Notes: generated by a model from the letters alone, not told the origin. Positions 1-7,597 are shown, counted from the first letter of the stretch. The stretch is DNA of 32,000 bases from Kineococcus radiotolerans SRS30216 = ATCC BAA-149 (GCF_000017305.1 NC_009664.2:2550001-2582000), one strand, 5' to 3'. A program made the numbers and translations.

Positions 1-474
1 GCCGGCGTTGGCGACCATGGTGGCGAACCCGGCGAGGAACCCGAAGCCGATGGCGGTGAGGTGGCGCTTGCGCGGGGACATGGGGGCGGGGGCGGTCCCG
101 CGCCGGCGCAGCTGCCGCTGGCGCGCCAGGTGGATGACGACGAGCAGGACGAGCAGGACCCCGATGGAGCGGCGCATGACGGTGTCGTCGACGACGTGGA
201 CGAACCCGGCCCCGGCGACGACGCCCACGGCGACGTGGGGGAACAACCGCAGCAGCAGGCCCCAGTCGGCGTGGCGGCGGTAGAAGGAGATGGCGAACAC
301 GTCGCCGAGGATCAACAGCGGCAGGATGATGCCCGTCGACTCCTTGGCGGGCAGGACCGCGGCGAAGACCGCGACCGCGATGGTCCCGGCGCCCCCGATC
401 GAGGTCTTGGCGAACCCGATGACCAGGGCCGCGAGGTAGAGGGGGATCAACTGCGTCGTCGACAGGTCCAGCAC
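1..474 (-). CDS. TauE/SafE-family anion (sulfite) exporter-like membrane protein, N-terminal part; the gene runs off the left window edge
   Basis: Absent from the ORF track because it is open at the edge. Reverse-strand translation from GTG (474..472) gives VLDLSTTQLIPLYLAALVIGFAKTSIGGAGTIAVAVFAAVLPAKESTGIILPLLILGDVFAISFYRRHADWGLLLRLFPHVAVGVVAGAGF..., which has TM-like hydrophobic segments and high GC3. A TAAGCT hexamer lies 6 nt upstream of the GTG. Confidence 0.6.
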   Translation of the reverse strand, partial: MLDLSTTQLIPLYLAALVIGFAKTSIGGAGTIAVAVFAAVLPAKESTGIILPLLILGDVFAISFYRRHADWGLLLRLFPHVAVGVVAGAGFVHVVDDTVMRRSIGVLLVLLVVIHLARQRQLRRRGTAPAPMSPRKRHLTAIGFGFLAGFATMVANAG

Positions 475-496
475 CGTCGGAGCTTACTGAGCCGAG

Positions 497-559
497 GCCA
501 CCAACTCGCCCACCAACCCGCCCACCGACCCGCCCACCGACCCGCCCACCGACCCGCCC
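497..559. repeat. 12-bp tandem repeat GCCCACCGACCC in the tauE-like/dinB divergent intergenic region
   Basis: Three perfect units at 520-531, 532-543 and 544-555. One unit with a single mismatch (GCCCACCAACCC) at 508-519, a degenerate unit at 497-507, and a partial unit at 556-559. The array lies between two start codons, so it is non-coding. Confidence 0.9.
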
Positions 560-568
560 GGGCGGCGG

Positions 569-596
569 TGTCGGAGCCGCGGGGCAGACTCGGGGG
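569..596 (+). promoter_or_regulatory. Candidate damage-inducible (RecA-NDp/PafBC-like) leaderless promoter of dinB
   Basis: TGTCGGAG (569-576), 8 nt, CAGACT (585-590), 6 nt, then GTG at 597. The same layout occurs upstream of the RecQ-like helicase. Compare the published mycobacterial motif tTGTCRgtg-N8-TAnnnT. Confidence 0.4.
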
Positions 597-2000
597 GTGA
601 GCGGGCAGGTGGGGGCGGAGGTCCCCCGGGTGCGGGCGGGCCGCCCCGACCCGACCCGCCCGAGCGTCCTGCACCTCGACCTCGACGCCTTCTTCGCCGC
701 CGTCGAGCAGCGGGACAAGCCCTCCCTGCGCGGCAAGCCCGTCGTGGTCGGCGGCCCGGGCGGGCGCGGGGTCGTCGCCACCGCGAGCTACGAGGCGCGG
801 GTGTTCGGGGTCGGGTCGGCGATGCCGACGGCCCGCGCGCGCCGGCTCTGCCCGAACGCGGCGTACCTGGCGGGGCGGTTCGAGGCGTACCGGGCGGTGT
901 CGGAGCAGGTGATGGGCCTGGCGCACACCCTGTCCCCGCTCGTGGAGCCGCTGTCGCTGGACGAGGCCTTCGTCGACCTGTCCGCGGTCCACGACGACCT
1001 CGACGTCGAGCGCGTCACCGGCATCGCGGAGGGTTTCCGCGCCGAGGTCCGGGCCCGGACGGGCCTGACGGTCTCCGTCGGGGTCGGGGCCAGCAAGCTC
1101 GTCGCCAAGATCGCCTCCGACCTGCGCAAGCCCGACGCCCTGGTCGTCGTGCCGCCGCAGGAGCAGGAGGCGCTGCTGGCGCCGATGAGCGTGCGCCGGA
1201 TCCCCGGGGTCGGGGCGGTGACCGGGGACCGGCTGGTGCGGTCGGGGCTGCGGACGATCGGCGACCTCGCCGCGGCCGACGAGGGGGAGCTGGTGCGGAT
1301 GCTGGGCAAGGCCCACGGCAGCGGGCTGCTGGCCTTCGCCCGCGGGATCGACCCGCGCCCGGTGGTCCCCGAGCGGGAGGCGAAGTCGGTCTCGGCGGAG
1401 GAGACGTTCTCCACCGACCTCACCGACCGCGCCGACCTCACCGAGCGGATCCGCCGGATGGCCGACCGGGTCGCGGTGCGGCTGGGGAAGGCGGGGCTGT
1501 CCGGGCGCACCATCACCATCAAGGTCCGCCGCTACGACTTCAGCACCCTCAACCGCTCGCGGACGCTGCCGCACGCGACGAGCTCGGCCAAGGAGGTCGC
1601 CCTGCACGCCGGGGAGCTGCTCGACGGCGTCGACGTCGCCGACGGCGTCCGGCTGCTGGGGGTGGGGGTGTCGGGGCTGTCGGAGTACAGCCAGATCGAC
1701 CTGCTGGCCGAGATCGAGGACCCGCTCCCGCCGGTGGAGGACGTCGAGGAGCCGGCGGGGCTGGTGGAGGGTGGTTCGCCGCACCCCTACGGGCCGCCGG
1801 CGTCCCCGGGGTGGCGGCCGGGGCAGGACGTCGTGCACGCGGGGTTCGGGCCGGGGTGGGTGCAGGGTTCCGGCGTCGGGCGCGTCACCGTCCGGTTCGA
1901 GGGGCCGCACACCCCGCCCGGGCGGGTCCGCACGTTCCGCGACGACGACCCCGACCTCACGGCGTGCGGGCCGCCGGCCTACCTGCCGGGGGACGCGTGA
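597..2000 (+). CDS. dinB: DNA polymerase IV (Y-family translesion polymerase) with a C-terminal Tudor-like extension
   Basis: Track ORF 597..2000. Contains LHLDLDAFFAAVEQRDKPSLRGKPVVVGG, SLDEAFVDL and the polymerase core through VGVSGL. QIDLL at about 1693-1707 is a possible clamp-binding motif. The C-terminus GQDVVHAGFGPGWVQGSGVGRVTVRFEG...RVRTF resembles the UvrD/PcrA C-terminal Tudor (DUF3553-like) fold. Confidence 0.93.
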   Translation: MSGQVGAEVPRVRAGRPDPTRPSVLHLDLDAFFAAVEQRDKPSLRGKPVVVGGPGGRGVVATASYEARVFGVGSAMPTARARRLCPNAAYLAGRFEAYRAVSEQVMGLAHTLSPLVEPLSLDEAFVDLSAVHDDLDVERVTGIAEGFRAEVRARTGLTVSVGVGASKLVAKIASDLRKPDALVVVPPQEQEALLAPMSVRRIPGVGAVTGDRLVRSGLRTIGDLAAADEGELVRMLGKAHGSGLLAFARGIDPRPVVPEREAKSVSAEETFSTDLTDRADLTERIRRMADRVAVRLGKAGLSGRTITIKVRRYDFSTLNRSRTLPHATSSAKEVALHAGELLDGVDVADGVRLLGVGVSGLSEYSQIDLLAEIEDPLPPVEDVEEPAGLVEGGSPHPYGPPASPGWRPGQDVVHAGFGPGWVQGSGVGRVTVRFEGPHTPPGRVRTFRDDDPDLTACGPPAYLPGDA

Positions 2001-2884
2001 GGCCCCCCGCGGGGCGCCGCGTCCTCGCCGTCCGGGGGGAGCTGGCGGCGGACCCGCTGCGCCGGTGGCTGCGGGCCCACGCCCTGCCCGGCGCCGAGCG
2101 CCACCTCGACGGCGTCCACGAGCGGGTCGTGCCGACCGGGGCCGGGCCGGTGGAGGTGAGCGTCGACCTCGGCACCTCCCCGGGCTGCGAGCAGGTGGTC
2201 CTGCACGCCCCGGCCGCCGCGCTGGACGAGGTGGAGGGGACCGTGCGGCGCTGGCTGGGCCTGGACGCCGACCCCGCGGAGGCGGAGGCGTGGCTGGCGC
2301 GCGACCCGCTGCTGGCGCCGCTGGTCGCGGCCCGCCCGGGGCTGCGGGTGCCGCGGGCGGTGGCGGGGGTGGAGACGGCGGTCCTGACCGTCCTGGGCCA
2401 GCAGGTCTCCCTCGCCGCGGCCCGCACCTTCGGCGGGCGCCTCGTCGCGGCCTTCGGGACGCCCGTGTCCTCCGCGCCGTCGTCGCTGACCGCCTTCCCG
2501 GCCGCGGCGGTCCTGGCCGACGCCGGCGCCGAGGCGATCCGCGCCGCCACCGGCGTCACCGGTGCCCGGGCCCGCACCGTGCACGCCCTCGCCGCGGCCC
2601 TCGCCGGCGGGCTGGACCTGGACGCCGCGGCGGGGGACCCGGAGCGGGCGGGCGCCGCGCGCGCCCGGCTCCTCGCGCTGCCGGGCATCGGCCCCTGGAC
2701 GGCGGACTACGTGGCGCTGCGGGTGCTGGGGGACCGCGACGCGTTCCTGCCCGGCGACCTCGTGCTGCGCCGGGCGCTGGGGGGCCTGAGCCCGAAGGAG
2801 GCCGCGGCCCGCGCCGAGCCGTGGCGGCCCTGGCGCGGCCACGCGCTGCTGCACCTGTGGACCGCGGCGGTCTTCGTCCCCTGA
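1997..2884 (+). CDS. alkA: DNA-3-methyladenine glycosylase II (AlkA-type, HhH-GPD)
   Basis: This is the C-terminal part of track ORF 1811..2884. The GTG at 1997 overlaps the dinB stop (GTGA at 1997-2000). HhH motif LLALPGIGPWTADYVALRVLG, catalytic-Asp context AFLPGDLVLRRAL, then WRPWRGHALLHLW. Confidence 0.85.
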   Translation: MRPPAGRRVLAVRGELAADPLRRWLRAHALPGAERHLDGVHERVVPTGAGPVEVSVDLGTSPGCEQVVLHAPAAALDEVEGTVRRWLGLDADPAEAEAWLARDPLLAPLVAARPGLRVPRAVAGVETAVLTVLGQQVSLAAARTFGGRLVAAFGTPVSSAPSSLTAFPAAAVLADAGAEAIRAATGVTGARARTVHALAAALAGGLDLDAAAGDPERAGAARARLLALPGIGPWTADYVALRVLGDRDAFLPGDLVLRRALGGLSPKEAAARAEPWRPWRGHALLHLWTAAVFVP

Positions 2885-2962
2885 CCCCCGGGGGCGCGGA
2901 CCGGGGAACGCGCGCGGGCCGCGCGGCCGGTGGGGACCGGCCCGGGCGCTGGACCCACTACG

Positions 2963-3706
2963 GTGCGGCTCGTGGACGGAACCGTGGTGGTCACAGGGGG
3001 CAGCCGAGGCATCGGGGCGGCGGTCGTGCAGGCGCTGGCGGCCCGCGGGATCCGGACCTGCTTCAGCTACTCCACCCACCGCGAGGCCGCCGACGTCGTC
3101 GCCGCCGGCGCCGCGGACCTCGGCACCGACTGCGTCGCGGTGCAGGCCGACGTCTGCGTGGAGGCCGACGTGCGGCGCCTGTTCACCGCCGCCGAGCAGC
3201 TCGGGCCGGTCACCGGGCTGGTGAACAACGCCGGCATCGCCGCGCGCCAGTCGCGGGTGGTGGACATGGAGGCCGACCGGATCCGGCGGGTGCTCGACGT
3301 CAACGTCGTCGGGTCGTTCCTGTGCGCGCGCGAGGCCGTGCGGCGGATGACCGGGCGCGGGGGCGGGACGATCGTCAACGTGTCCTCCCGCGCCGCCGTC
3401 CTCGGCAGCGCGGGGGAGTACGTCGACTACGCCGCCTCCAAGGCCGCCGTCGACGCGCTCACCGTGGGGCTGGCGCGGGAGGTCGCCGCCGACGGCATCC
3501 GCGTCGTGGGGGTCCGGCCCGGGTTGATCCGCACCGACTTCCACGCCCGTTCCGGGGAACCGGAGCGCGTGGAGCGGTTGCAGCGCAGCGTCCCCATGGG
3601 CCGCGGCGGGGAACCCTCCGAGGTCGCCGAGGCCGTGGTGTGGCTGCTCTCCGACGGCGCCAGCTACGTCACGGGGACGACGCTGGACGTCAGCGGCGGG
3701 CGCTGA
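2963..3706 (+). CDS. Short-chain dehydrogenase/reductase (SDR) family oxidoreductase
   Basis: Track ORF 2930..3706. Contains TGGSRGIG, NNAGI and the YAASKAAV catalytic Tyr/Lys motif. The start is either GTG 2963 (10 residues before TGG, a typical distance) or GTG 2930. Confidence 0.88.
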   Translation: MRLVDGTVVVTGGSRGIGAAVVQALAARGIRTCFSYSTHREAADVVAAGAADLGTDCVAVQADVCVEADVRRLFTAAEQLGPVTGLVNNAGIAARQSRVVDMEADRIRRVLDVNVVGSFLCAREAVRRMTGRGGGTIVNVSSRAAVLGSAGEYVDYAASKAAVDALTVGLAREVAADGIRVVGVRPGLIRTDFHARSGEPERVERLQRSVPMGRGGEPSEVAEAVVWLLSDGASYVTGTTLDVSGGR

Positions 3707-3742
3707 CCCCGCGCACCCCCGCCACGGTCCCCACCGGCTCGT

Positions 3743-5974
3743 TCAGCGCCCGTGCTTGGCGGCGTACATCCGCACGTCGGCGCGGTGCAGCAGGCTGCGG
3801 AAGTCCTCCGCGTCGTCCTCGGGGAAGGTGGCGACCCCGATGCTGACGGTGACGCGCACGGGCTGCCCGGCGATGTCGTAGGGCTCCGCGATCGCGGCCC
3901 GCAGCTGCTCGGCGACGCGGTCGGCCTCGCGGCGGGCGCTGGCGCGGTCCAGCCCCTGCAGGGAGACGAGGAACTCGTCGCCGCCGAGGCGGGCGGCGAG
4001 GTCGCTGCGCCGCAGCCGGGCCTTGAGCCGCGCCGCGACCTGCACCAGCAGCTGGTCGCCCGCGGCGTGGCCCAGCTCGTCGTTGACGGCCTTGAAGCCG
4101 TCGAGGTCCATGAACAGCACCGCGAGCGCGCTGTCGCCGCCGCGGGCCTCCCACAGCTCGACCTCGACGCGCTCCTCGAAGCGGCGGCGGTTGACGAGCC
4201 CGGTGAGGGAGTCGGTGTAGGCGAGCTCCTCGATGCGCGCCAGGTAGCTCTGGGCCCGGTCCCGTTCCCGGATCAGGGCGCGCTCGGCCTCGACCTGGGC
4301 GGTGACGTCGTTCTGGACGCCGATGTACTGCACCAGCCGGCCGTCCTCGTCGGTGACGGGCGCCATGTAGATCTCGTTCCACCACTCGCTGCGGTCGGGG
4401 CCGCGGTAGTTCAGCAGCGTCTCGCGGACCTCGCGGCCCTCGGCGATGGCGCTGCGCAGGCGCCCGATCGCGTCGTGGTCGGTGTCGGCCCCCTGCAGGA
4501 AGCGGCAGTTGCGGCCCAGCAGCTCCTCGGAGCGGTAGCCGGCGAGCTCCTCGAAGGCCCGGTTCACGTAGACCAGCGGCTGGTCCGGGCGGCGCATGTC
4601 GGCGATCGTGATGCCGCTGGTGGAGGCGGCCAGCGCGCGCTGCAGCAGGGGTTCCCCGGCCGCGGGGGCCACGACGGCGGCGGGTCGCGCGCCGGGCGGC
4701 GGGCTCGCCGGGGCCGCCGCGGGTGCGGCGGCGGGGACGGGACCCACGGCCGGCGCGACGCGCGAGAGCAGGCTGTGCGCGGCGGCGACCACCGTCTGGC
4801 GGCGGTAGGTGAGGGCGTACTCGAAGGTGCGCTCCATGTCGGGACCGTCGTCGCCGAGGTCGCGCGCCAGCAGGGCGGCGCTGAAGTGGGGGCTGACGAC
4901 CACCACGTCCCACTCGCCGCGGATGGGGTCGTCGGCGGCCAGCGCGGCCCCGCGCACCCCGGGGACGGGTTCCAGGGGCAGGTCCTCGCCCAGGGCGCAC
5001 ACGAACCCGGTGCGGGCGACGAGGTCGCGGTAGCGCTGGGCGGTGGCGGGGGTGAAGTGGCGGGCCTCCTGGAACGTCGAGGCCACCACGCAGGTCTCGC
5101 CCAGGCGCATCGCCTGGCGCTCCAGCTGCTTGCTGAGCTCCACGAGCAGGCGCTTGGGGGAGCGGCGCAGCTGGGTGCCGGCGGGCAGGCAGTCGAAGGG
5201 GGACGGCTGGTCCACCGCGCCGGCGGCGACGGGGTCGGGCAGGGTCAGGCTCGCCACCGGGAACCGCTCGGCCGGGCCGGCGGCGGGGCGGGCGAAGAGC
5301 CAGCCCTGCCCCAGGTGCGCGCCCAGCGCCCGGGCGATCGTGAGGTGCTGCGGGGTCTCGATGCCTTCGGCCAGGACCCGGGCCCCGGTGCGCTCGGCGT
5401 AGTCGTTGACGGCGTTCATGATCTCGGCGATCACGGGGGAGGGGCGCTTCTGGACGAGGGAGAGGTCCAGCTTGACCACGTCGGGACGCAGCAGCGGCAT
5501 GAAGGCCAGCGAAGCGGCGTCGGCGCCGACGTCGTCCAGGGCGACGCCCCAGCCCAGGGCGCGGACGCGGTCGACGGTGCGCAGCAGCTCGGCGGGACGG
5601 GTCGCCAGCGCGCGCTCGGTGATCTCCAGGACGATCCGCAGCTCGCCCGGGGCCCCGGCGGCGAGGGCGAGGAGGTCGTCCACGGGGGCGGTGTCGAGGA
5701 CCTCCGGCTCCACGTTGACGAAGACGGTGAGCGGGGCGAGCAGGCCGTGCTCGACGGCGCCGCGGAACGCCGCGGCGCGGCACGCCTGGTCCAGCTCGGC
5801 GAGCAGCCCGGCCTCGCGGGCGGCGCCGAACAGGGCGTCGGGGGTGGCCAGCGGTCCCTGCGGCCCGCGGGCCAGGGCCTCGTAGGCGACGACGGCGCCG
5901 CTGTCGAGGTCGATGATCGGTTGGAAGACGCTGTGCACCGAGCCGTCGGCGATGACCCGGTCGATGCTGCTCAC
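3743..5974 (-). CDS. EAL - DICT-like - LOV - GGDEF c-di-GMP signalling protein (putative blue-light photoreceptor)
   Basis: Track ORF 3743..6256, trimmed to GTG 5974, which is preceded by AGGAGGA (5981-5988 on the complementary strand). EAL motifs: YEALAR, LEITE, DDVG, KLD, EGIE, GQG. LOV core: GRNCRFLQG (Cys codon 4505-4507), WNE and GVQND. GGDEF: RLGGDEF with RRSD at the I-site position. Confidence 0.9.
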   Translation of the reverse strand: MSSIDRVIADGSVHSVFQPIIDLDSGAVVAYEALARGPQGPLATPDALFGAAREAGLLAELDQACRAAAFRGAVEHGLLAPLTVFVNVEPEVLDTAPVDDLLALAAGAPGELRIVLEITERALATRPAELLRTVDRVRALGWGVALDDVGADAASLAFMPLLRPDVVKLDLSLVQKRPSPVIAEIMNAVNDYAERTGARVLAEGIETPQHLTIARALGAHLGQGWLFARPAAGPAERFPVASLTLPDPVAAGAVDQPSPFDCLPAGTQLRRSPKRLLVELSKQLERQAMRLGETCVVASTFQEARHFTPATAQRYRDLVARTGFVCALGEDLPLEPVPGVRGAALAADDPIRGEWDVVVVSPHFSAALLARDLGDDGPDMERTFEYALTYRRQTVVAAAHSLLSRVAPAVGPVPAAAPAAAPASPPPGARPAAVVAPAAGEPLLQRALAASTSGITIADMRRPDQPLVYVNRAFEELAGYRSEELLGRNCRFLQGADTDHDAIGRLRSAIAEGREVRETLLNYRGPDRSEWWNEIYMAPVTDEDGRLVQYIGVQNDVTAQVEAERALIRERDRAQSYLARIEELAYTDSLTGLVNRRRFEERVEVELWEARGGDSALAVLFMDLDGFKAVNDELGHAAGDQLLVQVAARLKARLRRSDLAARLGGDEFLVSLQGLDRASARREADRVAEQLRAAIAEPYDIAGQPVRVTVSIGVATFPEDDAEDFRSLLHRADVRMYAAKHGR

Positions 5975-6167
5975 GTTGACTCCTCCTGAACCGTCCCGTC
6001 GGCGACCCGCCGCCCTCAGCTCCGTCCCATCGGCCGGTCCCCGCCCGTCCTTGAGGCGTTCCGGTCCCCGGGTCCCCGGTCCGGGGCGGCAGCGGGTGCG
6101 GGTGGCCGGGTCGCGCCGCGGCCGTCCCCGGCCTGCGCGGGCGGGGACGCACCGGCACGATGGGGGG

Positions 6168-7007
6168 GTGACGGAGCTCCAGGCGCTGGCGGACCTGCTC
6201 GACGGGGGGCGCGTCGTGGTCCTGGAGGGGGCCGGGATGTCCACCGGTTCCGGCATCCCCGACTACCGCGGCCCCGGCGGTTCGCTGCAGCGGCACACCC
6301 CGATGACCTACCAGGAGTTCACCGGTTCCGCGGAGGCCCGCCGCCGGTACTGGGGTCGCAGCCACGTCGGGTGGGAGCACTTCCGGCGGGCCCGGCCCAA
6401 CGACGCCCACCGCGCCGTCGCCGCGCTGGAGGGCGCGGGCGTGGTGACGGGGGTGATCACCCAGAACGTCGACGGCCTCGACCTCGCCGCCGGCACCCGG
6501 GAGGTCGTGGAGCTGCACGGCAACCTCGACCGGGTCGTCTGCCTGCGCTGCGGGGAACTCACCGCCCGCGCCGAGCTCGCCGAGCGCCTGAGCGCCGCGA
6601 ACCCCGGGTTCGACGCCCGCGTCGAGCAGCTGCACGCGCTGAACCCCGACGGCGACGCCGACCTCACCGAGGCCCAGCTCGAGGGGTTCCGCACGGTGGC
6701 GTGCCGGCGCTGCGGCGAGGACGCCCTCAAGGCCGACGTGGTGTTCTTCGGCGAGACCGTGCCGAAGGACCGCGTCGCCCGCTCCTTCGAACTGCTCGAC
6801 GCGGCCCGCGTCCTGCTCGTCCTCGGGTCCTCGCTGGCCGTCATGTCCGGGTACCGGTTCGTCCTGCACGCCGCCCGCAACGGCCAGCCGGTCGCGATCG
6901 TCACCGCCGGCCCGACCCGCGGGGACGAGAAGGCGGCGCTGAAGGTGGACGCCCCGCTGCAGGAGGTCCTGCCCGCGGTGCTGGAACGCCTGCGCCTCAG
7001 GCTCTGA
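6168..7007 (+). CDS. Sir2-family NAD-dependent protein deacylase (sirtuin)
   Basis: This is the C-terminal part of track ORF 5913..7007. GTG 6168 has a CACGAT hexamer 6 nt upstream. Contains GAGMSTGSGIPDYRG, TQNVDGL, HG, and a Zn ribbon formed by CLRCG...CRRCG. Confidence 0.88.
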   Translation: MTELQALADLLDGGRVVVLEGAGMSTGSGIPDYRGPGGSLQRHTPMTYQEFTGSAEARRRYWGRSHVGWEHFRRARPNDAHRAVAALEGAGVVTGVITQNVDGLDLAAGTREVVELHGNLDRVVCLRCGELTARAELAERLSAANPGFDARVEQLHALNPDGDADLTEAQLEGFRTVACRRCGEDALKADVVFFGETVPKDRVARSFELLDAARVLLVLGSSLAVMSGYRFVLHAARNGQPVAIVTAGPTRGDEKAALKVDAPLQEVLPAVLERLRLRL

Positions 7008-7581
7008 GCGAGTCGACGAGGCGGTCCACCGCGGCGCGCTGGCGGTGCGGGGAGTACGTCTGCGGGTCGGCCGCGGCGAGGGTGTTGAAACCCTCGACGA
7101 GGGCGACGAGCCCGACGGCGTGGTGGGTCCGCGCCGCGCGCGGCAGGTCCGGACGGGCCGCGGCGAGGAGCTGCTCGACGCGCTGCACGAAGGCGCGGTT
7201 GTGCCGGACGTGCAGTTCGCGCAGTTCCTCGTCGGACACCGCCGCGGCGAGGAAACCCACCCAGACCCGCGCCTCCTCCCGTCCCTCCGCGGTGAGGGAG
7301 AGGGCCTGCAGGGCCACGGCGCGCAGGGCGTCGAGGGGTTCCCTGGCCGCCTCCTGGGCGGCGTCGGCGCGCCGCCCGGTCCGTTCGTGGAGGAGTTCGC
7401 GGGCGTGCCGCAGCAGCGCCCGCTTGTCGCGGAAGGCGTGCAGGACCAGTCCCGTCGTGCACCCGGCCCGGGCGGCGACCGCGCGCAGGGTCAGCCCGCT
7501 CAGTCCGTCCCGGGCCAGCACCGACCATACCGCGGCGGACAACCGCGCCCGCTGCTCCTCGACGTCGCGCCGCTTCGGCAT
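6997..7581 (-). CDS. TetR/AcrR-family transcriptional regulator
   Basis: Track ORF 6997..7581. The N-terminal HTH region reads RARLSAAVWSVLARDGLSGLTLRAVAARAGCTTGLVLHAFRDKRALL. The 3' end overlaps the convergent sirtuin gene by 11 nt. Confidence 0.85.
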   Translation of the reverse strand: MPKRRDVEEQRARLSAAVWSVLARDGLSGLTLRAVAARAGCTTGLVLHAFRDKRALLRHARELLHERTGRRADAAQEAAREPLDALRAVALQALSLTAEGREEARVWVGFLAAAVSDEELRELHVRHNRAFVQRVEQLLAAARPDLPRAARTHHAVGLVALVEGFNTLAAADPQTYSPHRQRAAVDRLVDSLRA

Positions 7582-7597
7582 CCCGACCCCCTCATCC

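Noticed and set aside
497-559. Whether the 12-bp tandem repeat could be a CRISPR array or a coding repeat (AHRPAHRPAHRP in one frame).
   Set aside because: The units are contiguous with no spacers and are far too short for CRISPR repeats. The array lies between two divergent start codons. The frame containing it belongs to a spurious ORF.
475-596. A LexA SOS box (GAAC-N4-GTTC type) upstream of dinB, and similarly upstream of the helicase and ligase.
   Set aside because: I saw no such dyad by eye in these upstream regions. The TGTCGG-type motif is present instead. A proper matrix scan was not possible here.
5913-6167. N-terminal extensions of track ORFs. Examples: 5913-6167 before the sirtuin, 6371-7645 before the GNAT, 9902-10465 on the TetR ORF, 20985-21896 on PrsW, 23228-24589 on the helicase, 22220-23425 before the reductase, 26679-27401 before the GGDEF protein, and 27332-29179 before the lipase.
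   Set aside because: The extensions are low-complexity Arg/Pro-rich sequence and they overlap neighbouring genes or promoters. Conserved domains begin shortly after the internal GTG/ATG starts, which have SD or -10-like contexts.
3690-6869. Very long ORFs in the track that overlap better-supported genes. Examples: 3690..6869(-) 1059 aa, 1771..3846(+) 691 aa, 447..1910(-), 3752..5989(+), 6308..7528(-), 17831..20707(-), 17926..20094(+), 10890..12566(+), 13472..14758(-), 28565..30364(-).
   Set aside because: Their translations are monotonous Arg/Pro/Gly/Ala strings with no recognisable domains. This is the classic out-of-frame or antisense open frame of >70% GC DNA, where stop codons are rare. 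In each case another frame carries a clear domain-bearing protein.
6168-7007. Whether the Sir2-domain gene could be an anti-phage NADase (Thoeris, DSR or pAgo-associated type).
   Set aside because: It is a compact canonical sirtuin with the GAGxSxxxGIPxxR, TQNVD and HG motifs and a CxxC...CxxC zinc ribbon. It has no fused effector or sensor domain and no partner gene. Its neighbours are housekeeping genes.
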